Shown: positions 14,700 to 28,139 of the stretch, piece after piece
Position numbering within the stretch: position 1 is the stretch's first letter
Layout: each line of letters starts with the position of its first letter
Source: Sphagnum compactum
Taxonomy: Eukaryota
Length of the DNA stretch: 64,000 nucleotides
Assembly (NCBI GenBank): GCA_965153455.1
Contig: OZ234493.1
Coordinates: forward strand, 22,868,213-22,932,212
Direction of reading: 5' to 3'
The notes under the pieces: generated by a model
Databases searched by the model: none
What the model was told of the DNA's origin: nothing
What the model saw: the letters and a program-made list of their open reading frames with translations, nothing else
Translations under genes and position numbers: made by a program

Positions 14700-17600
14700 C
14701 AGGAAGGAAAGGCCAAAGAAATGCCAAAAGACGAACAACTCGCAAGAACTAAGGAAAGGGAAAAAATTAATTCCCTTCATGGTAGGAAGTTATCTCACCC
14801 ACAGCCCCTTTATTGTCACCTACATGCAAATCATGAGATCTAATAGTAGTGGGGGGTCTAGAACAAGCATCACTTGCTAACACAATCGTCCTTTTTATAA
14901 TAGAGGTTAAAACATGCTGAAGAGTAATACTAACATGCTACTTGAAAAATTGAATGTAAAAAGACAAGCATAAATGACCTCCCGATCATCTCTCGTGGAA
15001 AAGACAAGCACATTCTTTGATGAAATGATCCATCTCGGGTTTAAGTGCGTCGTGCACCTTCAAGGCCATCGGAATAAAATGGTGCCCCTCATGAAGCCTT
15101 TTATACTTGCAGATCTTAACAATGGCATTAAGTTCTGCCACTACACTTGCTAGTCAACTAGTGACACTTGAAACCATCATCTCCCGCATCGGGTCAATAA
15201 CCCCACATTGGCAACGAAAACTTGGTCCTCTTGGGTCCTGTAGAAATAAACTTGTAATGAAACTCTTGATGTAAAGACATATCACCGCTTTCTCCATATA
15301 GCGTGCCCACTCTCTCGAGCAAAGGCATACATGATGTTTCGAATGGCATCATGTGTGGCTATCCATTGACCTTCAAACGGGCAACAAACTAAGTGCATGC
15401 CAGATGCATCCAACTCATGTCCACACTCACATGTGAGAAGATTGAATGTCGAAGGATGAATCAAACTGAGTTGAAAACTCAACGTTAAAACGAAAGTAAA
15501 ACGTGTGATGCAAAACGAACGGATAGATGGCCTAACAACCAACTATAATTCTGCACCCTTACCCGAACAAGAACGAATGTGGGCTTTGGATGTTGAGGAA
15601 ATGAAATCATCCTCCAAGATAGACCTAAAGGATGTGTCATGGTGGGTGTCCATCAAAGATGCATGTACACTTAGAGCATCGAAAATTGCCAAACTCTCAA
15701 AAGAAGGGTGCATCACTCTAGTTGTAAGAGGAAAGCCAATTCGCACTTCACGTAAGCATGATTGAAGCAAATGTGGGCCCCCCTCGACCTGAAAAACATA
15801 CTCTTCCAAAATGGGTCTAATGAAAATACGAAACCTAAAGCACAAATACAAAGCCACTAGAGCCCAACTCCTTAAAAAGGCAGATGGGGCACAATCCTCC
15901 ATAGAGAGAAGGCCTATACCACCAAAGGATATTTGACGCACCCCCAACTCCTTTGATGGGCTCAACTGTGAGTCCAAATGATGAAAATAGCGAAAGGACA
16001 AGGAGTTGGGGCACACTCCCTGGCTCGCAGCACATTAGGGGTAAAGGGGCGTGCTAGAGTTCCGGGATGGGGACTAGGAAGAGTGACAAGCAAGTCAATT
16101 ACTCACACGGACTTGCACAAACCAAATAACAAGTTGGTTAGTGCGTAGTTGGAGCACTTTTGGTGCACAGACGAACCACGGGCAAACACGAACTCACAAG
16201 ACTCACCACGCCCAAACTTGTGGGAAGCCACCACCTTCCCCGTTATAGTATTCTTTGTGTCTGGCCATGGGGCCAGCACCCAAATGTCATTTTATCCCAA
16301 GACTCCCAAGTTGGAGTCCCGAAATTCCCTAAATTGGGGTTCCTGCGACTTTGAAGACCCATAACTTTGTGTTCAAACCTCTGATGGAGATGAGGTTTAA
16401 AGCAAAGTTATAGCCCTTGTCAAGAACTTTCCAACAGTATGTGGCATGCCATCTTCAAATAAGGAAATCAGGGCGATTCTTGACTTTTAGTGGTCGGGAG
16501 TCAAACTGCCAATTTGACTTCTGGCCCTTCTTTTGGCCATAACTTATGTTTTAAGGACCTAAATGAGTCATGCGAGCTCATTTTAAACATCTACGTTCCA
16601 AGATATTTTCAATGATATAAAAAACTTTTCAATCCAATGAATTTTGGCCCCTGCAATCGCCTTCTGAAAATTTGGGAATCCATTAGGACTCTAACTCCCA
16701 AAGTGGGAGTTCACTTGGGAGTGTGGGGTTCATTCCCTCACACTATCCTACACTCCTGGGAGCATGAAATGTGACTCCCGGGCTCATTTTTGGCCCACAC
16801 CTTTATAAGCCCTTGCTTTAGTCGCGAACCCAAGGCTAATGTTGCGACAATATTGGTAATCGAGCCTTGATGCCTCGCTAAAGGGCCCTGAAAAAACTCC
16901 CACGATCCTGGACCCATAATGTCCCCACATACTTACATAATTTTTTTATTAAAACCTGCTAAAAAAGACAGGAAAGAAGAAGAAAGAGATATTATTTATG
17001 TGAGATAAAAAGGTCAATGAGTTATGCATGAAGACAAAATGCCCAAAGCAACCCAGGCATCTCCCAAGAGAGGAAAATCATCGATATGTGCCACGTTTAG
17101 AGATAAAACTTCATCTAAAATAAACATGGCAAAATCCTAAGAACCCATTAGCACACCCAAAATGCGTAAACCATCTGTGACCAAAGTGTAACCCTGAGGA
17201 ATCTCTATGCCTAGAAAGATCCTAGATGGACTCCAAAACTTGTACTTTGACACTTTGACCCTAAGCCCAATTAAAGCTAATTGGGTCGAAAGGTGGTCAA
17301 AGGCGCGCGTAATTTCATTCATAGGCCGCACGATGTGGGTATCATCCACTAGGGATGGTAAGACACAACTAGGGGCCCACGTGATGGTCTTCAAGAAGAT
17401 TCAATAATGGGCCAAAACAAATAAAGGACCCCCTAGGGGTTACCCTACCTCGTGCGTGAAGATGATTCAATAAAGGTGACCCCCTCCACATGCCGCCCAT
17501 GTTGGTAGTAAAGAGAAGAATGAACACTATAAAACAACTTGGTAAAGGGGACAATGTTTGCCAAAGGGCCCCCGACATCACACAATTTTCCAAATATAAC

Positions 17601-18700
17601 AACTTGAAAAAAGTTATTTAAAGCATTTCGACGTTGATGTGCTTCACGACCTAATCAGGGTGTAAGTCGAAGAAGGTTCGGAAGTCGAAAAGGATGGCCT
17701 CACAATCTCCAGCAGTTGATACTCCAAACTGATGGGGGGATAAGTGCTCCTAAAATGGCCCCCAAAGCAATAGGACAATGGAGCAACTAATAAGTCGAAA
17801 AAACACCTCGGTAATAAAACAAAGACCACTAGTGTCCTTTACCATTGCTAACAATTTGTTAGCACCCAACACTAGAGCCACCAACCTAGGGATATCCCCA
17901 CGAGCAACAATAGTCGTAGCTTAGAATAATTCCAAAAACCGTGAAAATGGGTCCTCTAATATGAAGCATCCCGAAAAATACCCATATACCATCCTAGAAA
18001 GCCCACCCGAAAACAAATGGGGCGCAATGGCTAAGGTTTGGGCAAACATAGTCCTATCCAAGACAAAAGTGTGTTTAGGTTGATAATCAAAAATAGGTGG
18101 AGGTACAAGGTCTAAAGAAAGGGGGTGCAGCTTGCGAAGGGCAACAACGATGTCCTCCGAAGGAATAGCTAGTGTCATGGGCTGGAAAGCTCTGGTAGCA
18201 TGACTGTACTCATTAGCTCTCCCTAACATTAAGCATCGGCAAAAACAAATGGACAAAAAACTTCCCATGAAGGGTGAAAACAGGGCGTTCATGAGGCACG
18301 AAAAGACTCTTTTCGAAGACCAGCCACCCACCATAAACCTCTTGAAACGAACATAAACCTTTTGACAACCTGAACGACCCCTTCTAGTATAGTGCAAACA
18401 TTAATGAAGCAACAAGAGGAAAAAAAACCATGCCAACTCATCCGTCAGATCTCGAACAATTCTATCAAGGGGTAAGTGAAAAGCCTACCTAACCTCGTCA
18501 TGGATGACTCGAGGGATCCTATGAAACAAATGAGGGCACGCATAACAAGACTCAAACAACTCCAAGATGGAATTAGATTGAGCTGAAAGCCAACCCCAAG
18601 AAGCAAAAGGAATAGAACCAAGAAGAAGCATAGGAGGGGAGGACACCTGCAAAGATAAAACAACTTGGTTAGCCTGGTAAACGAGGCGGATATCTTCTAA
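14700..18700 (-). mobile_element. CRE-type (restriction-like endonuclease) non-LTR retrotransposon, degenerate, interrupted by a solo LTR
   Basis: RT motifs HLSPHQFGVST, NVE..FNN, G.PLGGPLF and PSLVDDTHIV; ARLPI/SFGGIGL split by the LTR; zinc finger CECGHELDASGMHLVCC...HDAIRN; REL-like KYKRLHEGHHFIPMALKVH. Many stops and frameshifts. Boundaries approximate. Confidence 0.8.
15934..16849. mobile_element. Solo LTR (TG...CA) with 5-bp TSD ATATT
   Basis: Begins TGACGCACCCCC, ends GTTGCGACA; ATATT lies on both sides (15929-15933 and 16850-16854). Homologous to 45881-46770. Confidence 0.9.
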
Positions 18701-19821
18701 AGTGAATATAAGCCCAACATTGGTTCCTATTCTATGTCATAATAATCTTGGTGGAAATGTATGGTGTATTTTGAGGGCTCTTTCCAACTTGCAAAACAGC
18801 AAGAGGTTTTCAAAAGCTTTAAGGAAACAGAGAAAAATTTTGTTAGCTAATTTGAACTATTGTTGTGCAAGGAAAGTTTGTGTAAGTGCATTTGCACCTT
18901 TGGCCATTATGTAAAGGCACGAATAGCCTTCCTCTATACAAACACTTCACATTTTGTTAGTGAGACTTACAATATAAGAAGTGAAACTTAGCATAACAAA
19001 ATAAGGTGAGTAGAGTGCCTTGAAAACAAAATAGTCGATTTTGTTGACTTCTTCAACCTTTGCAAAAAAAAAATGTCATATGCCAACACTTAATTCCCCA
19101 TAAAGAAAAATATCTAACCAAACATCAACAACTCCCATAGGAAGGGAAAAGAAAAGGCAACAACCACTTTTGTTCTCTCTTTTGCTTTTAAGAAACTTTC
19201 TGGCATATGGAAAGAAAGAAGAAGGGCCCCCAACAATATTTGTCTTGACATGTGCCCACAAGAGAGGAGTAATGGTGCAGCGGTTATTAAGGAGTTCATG
19301 AGCACATGGCAAGCTTCTTAGAATAGAAAAAATGGAGTTTAGAAATTGCAGTATGTGGGACCTTAATGTTTTCATGACCGCCCTACTGCATCCCACCCCA
19401 AAAGAGTGCTTCATGCTTCAATGATGACCCCCATCAATAATCCTGTGTTGTTGATTTTGTGTTATTGTTGTTACTTGTACCACCACAATGGAACTTATTG
19501 GGTCTGGGCTTTTATCATCAGTTGAAGTTCCCCCATATGCACATGCCCCCAAAAATGTGCACTTTCCAACACACAATGTTCTAATCTAATTTGCACACGG
19601 GACAAGGGCTCACTTTGCAATTGGATTGAGAGCTTGAAATTTGAGTTGCAATTGGGCATTGAAGTTTGTTCAATTGAATTTTGTTTGTCACGCAAAATGC
19701 AAACATAATTTTCTTTTTGTTGTTAGGAAATTGGGCCACAACTTCTCTCCATGTTGAGTGAGTGGATCAGAGAATTGGGGGGAAATAAAATTCAGGGATA
19801 ATAATAAACTTCTCTGTTAAG

Positions 19822-20186
19822 TACCCTCTCTTTCACTCCTATCCTCTTTGCTTTCACCCCCTATCCCCTCTTCAGTGGTATCCGGAAAGTAAGGAAATTT
19901 TATTAAATCTTAAAACGAAATGTTGAAACTCAGCATTTAATGCACAAGGTTCGAGAGTAATTATAGTAGTTGTACAGGTACGAGCAGTGAAAAATATATG
20001 TAGCAGCCATGGAGGCGCTTAGGAAAAAGGAAAGAGGGGATGAAACTCAGTTTACCACCAAATTTGGTGGAAAAACTAGTTTGGGTCCCAGTTATTTCAT
20101 TTTGTAAAATTTTCATTCCCAGTTACCCATTTGATGCCCTATTTATGCCGAAACTGGCCGTTCTCGCCCCCTAATCACCTTACTGA
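19822..20186 (+). repeat. ~360-bp dispersed repeat, copy 2
   Basis: Direct repeat of 10874-11232. Confidence 0.85.
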
Positions 20187-22905
20187 TAACTAAATAACTT
20201 ACATTAACTTGTTACTCCACTTTAGGTATCAGAAAATGCTTTTTTGGATGGATGGCAGACTTTATGGCATCCCCACCCTTTTTCCTAGGGAAAAATAAAC
20301 TTAGTGATATGGGTTCAGGAAATCCCATCACTAAGATTTGCTAGGGAAGGAACTAACTATGAGCCTCAGAACTCTCTGAACTTGCCCATACTCAGACTCC
20401 TGAACACCCAGAGACTGAAACAAACTATTCTCGACATTTGGGAGTACCACAGTAGGTACTCATTTGGAGACTCCTTATCCGCCCCCACCACTGGGAACAC
20501 TGGCTCTGTGTTTTATAAAACTAACAATTGTCCAAAGCCAGACAAGAATTTTCAAACAAAAAATTTAAATTTTTTTCAATGTATTGTAATTTCAGTAAAA
20601 ATTGCAACATTTTCCAACATTCCTGGTTGTCTCCTGCACTACATATATATATATGTCCATGGCATTCTGGTCTCTTTTTTCTGTCATGTCGAACTTGTTT
20701 CGCAGTGCTCCCAACATTCTTGTCAAGTCTCTTGGGGGAGATGTGGTCGGGTGGGTTGGGGGTGTTGTGCATGCAAAGTTCCCCCCTTAAACCCAACCAA
20801 AACTGAATTTTGGACTGAGGAGAAGACCAACAACACTGGCCCCCAAGCTCAAGCTCAAAGAGATTCAAGATTCAAGTTTCGGGGGAATTTTTCACCCCTT
20901 GCTGAAATCGAAAGAAACTTCATGTTGTCAGATGTCCCAAATTCATTGCCAAAAGATGTTGTTTGCAACCCTATAAAAACACATAACCTTTGGAATAATT
21001 TCTTCTAGAAAAATTAACATTCACCAAGCAAGTTTGATCAATTGTCTCTTTTCATTCTTAGGGCTACTTTGTTTTTCTTTCCAATGGTGGATACCTAATT
21101 GTTGTAATTAGTGCAACATGTTCACATGCTTACTTACCCAAGGGATTCAATAGGCATTTCCATCCCCCAGTCCCCTCAAAAATTTTGACAATGCAATGAC
21201 CCCATCAGAATTATGTTGGCTAATTTTGTTGGCTAGTATAGCAAACATTTAAAATAACCTCGTGGTAAATTGGAACTCAGTGCCAAATTGCAAGGTGGTG
21301 GTACACCACTACAATCAATTTTGTACACTATGGAATGGTCCCAGTAGACGTCTTCCACTTAGGAGTGTGGTGAGCCCGGTGACGCAGTCCTCTTGGTTTG
21401 GTGTGTTAACTGGTTCTACCAGGGCCTGTTCCAGTGTGGAAATCGGTGTTCCACAGTATCAGTTCAACATAAATAACTAACTATAGTGTTCCTTGGTTCA
21501 TATCACAAGTGGAACTTGCAAAACCAAAGTTGCAACCAGCAGATGACCACCTACATATCCCACCTAAGGAAAAACCTCAAAAAAGTATCTGAATAAGACA
21601 CCACCAGGGTTCCATTAGGTACACCCTTCTCTGTCTTTAAGGTAAAACCAATTATGTTAACATAAGCAAAACCACAAGTGTAAAAAGTACTGACAATATT
21701 GTGAGTTCAAATAGTGTACCAGTACTAGATCGAATCCCCAAACCTGTTGCTGAACTATGGGTATGTATCAAGCCACTACTAACCTAGTGGGTGCGTGGGG
21801 TGTCCAGATGATTGTGGGTTCAATTCATCACTATGCCCATTTTATGGGTACTTGAAGTCTGGGTACTTGAAAATTTGTGAATCACATAGACATACACAAA
21901 TCACAATTTAGGGCACTAGCAAGACAATGCAGCATAAAAACTACGACTTATTCTCCCCTTTAGTGAGCCAATTTCTCATGTTCAATCAATGATTCAGTGT
22001 GGGTGTCAATTCTGTAGACCTAACAGGCAGGCCTTGCTGATCCTCTTAGGTCTTATTCTCCATTTCAATCAACAAATTCTCATGTTCAATTCAGCACAGG
22101 TGCCAATTCTGTACACCTAACAGCTGTTACGGGAGTGAGCACTCTCTAGTACATTCAAGATGGGGAGGAACTATCATGTGTAAAACCATAATACTACTAT
22201 TTGTTGGAAACATCCTTTGAATGCACAAGCTCATTTTGCAGATTCTCTCCTCTCCACATTTATGTATATTATTAGGTCATGGCCATTGGGAGGACCCAGC
22301 TTAGTGGCAGGTGGTCACAAGCTTAGTATTATCAGAACAACTTGGGCAAACTGAAAAACGCACCTCATGGAGCTCAACCTCTTCAGAAGAGGACATTATT
22401 ACAAACCAATCTGGTGGTGAGCTTCAAACTCCACACTCCTTGGAATTCCAAAGACCTAGGAAACTTTGAAGCATCCGGTCATCACCCCTTCTTCACTCAT
22501 CTTTATGCTCAGTGAAGAGACATAATCTTCTCTCTTGTACAAAAAGTCACTCCTGAAGCAGGTTGTCTCAGTAGCAACTTGTAATGAAAGTCAATGCAGG
22601 TTTGAGAGATCCAACTCACAATCAGCAGGATTTCACATGGTTCAACATTTGTACAGGAAAAAACAGTGAGTGTTTTGTTGGGCTGTGCATGATGCACCTG
22701 CAAAGATCACACTTTGCTCATTAAATTGTACCTCAAAATTGATAACCAGCTCAATTGTGTGAAGAGGCAAAGAGCCAGGGCACAGTTGAGGAACCCCAAG
22801 TCCCACAAGCAAAAAACGTTACATGGCTTTAAAGCCAAAGCACCCTGTCAAGCATATTAGAAAAGGTTAAAGAAGTGGCCCTTCAGATGCATACATACCA
22901 GCAGG

Positions 22906-24691
22906 TCAAGAAGACACTGGTGCCCCCAACAAAAGAAACCGCAAGTGTGACAGCTCATGTGTGCGTACATGCAAAAGGTCGTCTGTTGAGGCACCCTCCT
23001 CATCCATTGATCTTGTCGGAATGTAAAGCCCATGACCTTCATTCTGGTAGAAAGATGTTGGATCCTCACAAAAGCGAGTTGACTGAAAAATACCCACACC
23101 CTGCACACACAAAAGAGGACACAAAATAACGCGCAGCAGTGCAAGAAGAGACTTGCCCTACCAAATGCTTGAAATGATAGCAATGTAAATATACAACCTG
23201 CACAAAGACATTCTATCAACAAAGATCGTCACTCATGCCAACCAAAATGGGAACAGAAACTCATCCATGGAGCATTCCTGCAAATGTGATGTGCAGGATT
23301 ACTATTGAAAGAGAGAGAAAAATCACCTCAAGAATGTACACCACTATGCCAAAGGAAGCCAAGAGTGGAAATGTTTCTGCTGAACCTGGCCTCATTGATA
23401 TGTCAAGCATCAACTGCCCCCACCACCAGCAATAAAACCAATGAGAGACAATGCATTCTTAAAAACAAACTGTGAAGGATAGATAGATAGATAAATAAAT
23501 AAATTTCCAAAAAAACTGAACATCATCACCATTCCAGCACATGCAAAATAATCAAACCCAAAAGGCAGCATGTGTAGATGTCTACTGGTAGAAAGATGTG
23601 AATCCTCAGTGTCTGAAGACTTGTCCCATTTTCTCACTTGGCACCACAATTGTTAAAATTGCAGAAGACAAAGAAGGATCGAGCTTACAAGTACAATTGC
23701 AGAAGATGACGAAGAAAGAAGAAGAAGAAGAAGAAGAAGGGTGGAGCTTACAAAGTCATGTAGAGGTGGAGGAATGGAAACCCTACTGAAAGTGCCTGCC
23801 ACAACTCTCACAGCAGCTCCTCCTTCAAGTGAAACTGAAGTCATTGCAGATACTTCTCTGGCATGTGAGATTGTAGGAAAAACAAGACTCTTAGGGTTAG
23901 GTGCTTCTTGCTGCTGCTTCAGGGAATGCATACTCGATTCCATATACAACTGAACACCATGTCGAGGTTCACATTCTGCACCTTCTTCTTCTACTACTAC
24001 TTCTTCATTGCTATGGTCTGAATCTGAGGAGCTAGACGACGACGACGATGATGATGGTGATGATGATGGTTCATGATCACAGTAGTAGATGAGAGTCTCG
24101 AGCAAACTATCAGAATCCCGCCGCAAATGTATGCCGCTACTGGTGTTAGGAGACTTGAAGAACTCATCAAGTACCAGAAGCTTGCCCACACCTGCCAGCC
24201 AGCTGCAGCCATGGCGTCAGCCCTTGGTGAGACAGACAGACAGACAGACAGAAGGGAACCGCAAGAGCAATTCTGCACGCATGTCACTCTTTGCAATCCA
24301 TCTCGAGAGCGGAAACAAGGAAACAAGGAGCAGGAAAACAACAGCACGGCCCGCACATACCATGAACATCGGCAGCACCAGCACCAGCACCGGAACCTCC
24401 TCCTCCTCCCACGATGCGCACGAATTCAGATCCTTCCGCGACTCGTGAAGCGGTGAGCAATGAGATTCCAGAAGCTCTCGCTCTCGTCAGGCTGCCAAAC
24501 TTCCCACCACAGCGCGCACGCCCGCCATAGCCACGGCTGGTGGAAGAGGTGGGATGATGAGCCTTCTTCATGGAAGCAGAAAACAAAACACAAGAAGGGA
24601 CCAACGCTGCTGTATGAACAACACAAATTGCAACAGCCCTGGCGGCGACGACGCCGCAGCTCGTCACTGCAGCAGCAGCAGCAGCAGCCAT
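22906..24691 (-). CDS. Divergent pirin-like (bicupin) protein with probable plastid transit peptide
   Basis: Exons 24691-24361, 24191-23752, 23413-23327 and 23100-22906 join in phase through GT-AG introns. Pirin-like motifs: AEGSEFVRIVG, LLVLDEF, ETLIYY, HGVQLY, AVRVVAG, LMLDISMRPG, VVYILEGVGIF, LRFLLLGAP. The N-terminus is Ala/Ser/Arg-rich. Confidence 0.72.
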
Positions 24692-25068
24692 GGCTCTCCA
24701 CACACAGTCTACTACTGCCTAGTGCGACGACGGCTTGCAACGACGATCAGATGCGATCGGCTTTCGCGGGCGATGAGAATCTCCTGAAAGATCTCGAATC
24801 TGGCGAAGTCTTTGTCGACTTCCAAGTGTGTGCTTTCGTATGGCCCCGTCAGGTGCTTGCTGTCTCTCGACAGAAATAACCATGCAATCGCTCCAAATGG
24901 CAAACGCTAGTCCCCTCGATCGTCTTCTTCTTTGGACGGGAGGAAGAAGAAGAGGTGAAGAGGATTATGCTGTTGCTGCTGTTGCGGTTGTGAAGGGGGA
25001 GTACAAGATCATCAGGGAAGATCGGCAAGCTGGATTCTCAGGAGGAATCGGGGGGAAAGGCGCGCGTC

Positions 25069-25278
25069 ATGTTGCGCGTGCTGTTGCTGGGAGCGGGTGC
25101 ACTGGGGGCGTTCCTGGTCGGCAAGAAGGCTCTCGGCGCTTTTCAAGAGAAAGCCGCGGAGCGTGGCGGAGGCAATTCTCCCATTGACGTTCTTGCACGC
25201 GGTCTTACACATGTTCAGGCTCGTCTTGGCCCCTGGTCCATGCGCGACCTCACTCTTGGCCTTCTTGCCATATCCAAG

Positions 25279-25319
<41 letters not shown>

Positions 25320-25599
25320 CTCGGACATCCGTTTTGTTGTGCGCAGCAAGCATGCACGTGTAGGGCAGCTGCTGCTGCTGCTTCTTCTTCTTCTTCTCCT
25401 TGAACTTTTGTTCCTGAAGATGCAAGCAATGGTCTGACATTTCACAATTAAGAGAGAAACAAAGCTGAGAGACTGCAAGAGGAGGAATCAACAAGAGACT
25501 CCTAAAACCCTAGCAGCTTCCTCAGAATCCAAGAAATCAGAGAATTCTTCAGCCCTGCGGTATGGAAAAAGCAAAATTAGGAAGCCATCTATGTGCATG

Positions 25600-25646
<47 letters not shown>

Positions 25647-27688
25647 GTGTCCATTGCAAGCACAATTTTGCACTGATGATTCTCTGATGCATTCTTTCTC
25701 ACTCTTCTCTCCCCACATCTATCACCATGCTGATTCAACAAACCCTTCTGAGCTTTCTTCAATTTCTGCAGTTTTCGGAATTGTAAACAAGCCATGCTCT
25801 GTGACCCCTACAAGATGGCGGATGATGATGGGAGAGAGAAAAACCAAAGGAAAACTACTACTAAGCAATTGTCAGTGGTCTGTAGGTCACAGAGAAGGAC
25901 TGTCTGCCAGTGCCAGGACAGCCTGCGGAGTCATTGATGCAAGATGCTCAGTTCTTAGAGCGTGCACAACACTGGCGGGCAATGGCAGAAGCTGTTTATG
26001 CACCTGATCCTGCTGCATTTTCTCTGTTGAGTCATCGACCAGAATCAGCAATTGTTGGAGCAGAGTGGACAGCCGATCCAAGCTCCCTTCGACCAGCCTT
26101 TGCTGTATGTGTTGATGCCCCTTATAGTGCTGTCATCCTGGCTGTCCGTGGCACTTCTGAGGTATGGATTCGTCATGTTCCATCACGTGACTTTACTAGA
26201 TCTTTGGAGTGTGTGATGATGCCTTGAGGTATCAAATTCAAACTGGCAAATGAAAGGCACTTGGGTGATTATAAGGATTGCAAATGTTTGAATGGTTAAT
26301 GAGAATTGTAGTCCCGGATGAATTGCTTGTGCAGATAAGTAGCCAAGACTGATTCATATCGATTGCCAATTCTCAGGTGATAGATCTGCTAGTGAATTCA
26401 GGGGCATCAATGGAACCGTTCCTGGAGGGTGTTGCACATGGTGGGTTTGCACACGCTTCTGAACAGTTGTTAGAAGAAGTAGCACCCATCATTGATCGGG
26501 CTTTTGCCGAGCACGGGATGGCACAAACAGAAGTCAAACTCGTGATTGTTGGCCACAGCTTGGGTGCAGCCATTGGCATCATGGCAGGTTTGAAGCTGCG
26601 GGAAAAGTTCCCAAATTTAGAGTGCTGGGCTTTCTCAACTCCAGCTTGCTTGACGTTGGAGTTGGCACAAAAGTGCAGGGACTTTGTAACCAGCTTCATC
26701 TCAAATTATGATATTGTTCCAAGGTTTTCGCTGCACTCAGTGGAGCTACTTCGGAAACAGGTTTGCAGTTTTGATTGGGATCGTGCTGAAAAAATCCTGA
26801 AAGATGATGAGGACTGGAAGAACATCAAATCAGCATCTGAGGCAATGAGAAAATGGCAGGAAACACAGAAGGGGATTGGTGAGACCGTCCAGAGTGCACA
26901 GGATGGCCTCTGTGAACAGGTGACATGTATTCCTGTTCTAGATTCTTGAATGAGTTTAATCTCTTGATGCATGTTCATCTGACCAACTGCAACAGTGTAA
27001 ACTAAGTGGGCAAACCAGGATTGAACTGGACCATCGCAATCTGTTTCAAAGTGTCCCAATCTGTTATTAGACAGTAGAGCAGACCATCCCAATCTGTTTC
27101 AAGGCATTGTTAAGTGTCCAAATGAGAAACTCCTAATGAGAATAAGAAGAGCAAAGCTGGGTTCCCATTGACTGAAAAAGTTTGGGAATTTGTATATTGG
27201 TATATCTGTTGTGTAGCAGAATAGCTAGCCCCTCAACGCAGGGGTTTTGTAATGTGCAGATGGAGAATGTGCATGAGGCATTGGGAAACAGAGGAGCAGA
27301 AGGCAACAAAAAGGACCAATCTCCAGGTGGAGAAAAACATGGGTCCGAAGATGATGGAGAAGATGATGAAATACAAAACAAAGAAGAGAAAGAGGAGCTT
27401 CCACCACTGTATGCACCAGGAAGAATACTAGTACTGGCAGCAAGTCCACCAGGGTGTGGTAAAATGCCAGAGCAGCGGTCAGGTGTGGCAGCAGAACGGA
27501 AATTGGGGACATACCCAACATTTGAGGAGGCAAAGAAAGTTCAGTGGGTCATGCATGAAGCTGACCAACTGGAGGTTGAGGAGATAGTTGTATCACCATG
27601 GTGTATTACTGATCACATGCTTGGTAACCTTAGTGAAGGCATCTACTACTTGCAGCGCCAATGTAGCCCAGCTTTGCCCCCTGGGTAA
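25069..27688 (+). CDS. Lipase class 3 family protein (diacylglycerol lipase-like)
   Basis: Exons 25069-25278, 25886-26161, 26377-26919 and 27260-27688, all phase-0 GT-AG junctions. Motifs LAVRGT, AHGGF, VIVGHSLGAA (nucleophile), NYDIVPR (Asp), LYAPGRI and DHM (His); hydrophobic N-terminus. Confidence 0.9.
25284..25316. repeat. (CT)n microsatellite at the 5' end of lipase intron 1
   Basis: Pure CT run just after the donor; similar runs occur at 25601-25642 and 30233-30259. Confidence 0.9.
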
Positions 27689-28139
27689 CTTCCTAACTGT
27701 TTATCTTCCAGATACTAGTGAAAGATCCTTTGTAAGCAGGTTACTTAGACCTTATTGTAATCTAAAAGCTTCAAGTTGTGGAGGCAATGAAGAGGAGTTG
27801 TGCTTCGCATTGCTCACAAACACATTTGCTTTGCAATCCCCCACACAATGTGAACTCTCAAGTGTGAATGTTGAAGTTTACAAGAATCTTATTCCAAAAC
27901 ATCACAAGGGAATCTTGTAGTCCATAGTGGGTTGCTTTCTCTTCACAAAATGCGTCAGACTTTTGTGTTTTCCGTGTGTGTGAAACCAGTCATCAGCTGG
28001 CAATAGAAAGCTTGAGTAGAACAAGCATCCTCAACAGATCCAGCTTGCCTTTGCCCTGACTGTAGTCTAAAACTATGTGAATCTCATTTGTGTTGAGAAC
28101 AACTACCGGAACCTTCAACCCCTTAAAGATCTCTCTATG

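Noticed and set aside
20223-20232. PBS-like GGTATCAGA after repeat copy 2
   Set aside because: Not adjacent to a CA-ending LTR and no gag sequence follows.
20304-21008. 234-aa ORF
   Set aside because: Non-ATG start, runs through repeat-like DNA, and has no recognisable domain.
24073-25494. Several overlapping ORFs on both strands
   Set aside because: Alternative frames of GC-rich first exons and microsatellites of the pirin-like and lipase genes.
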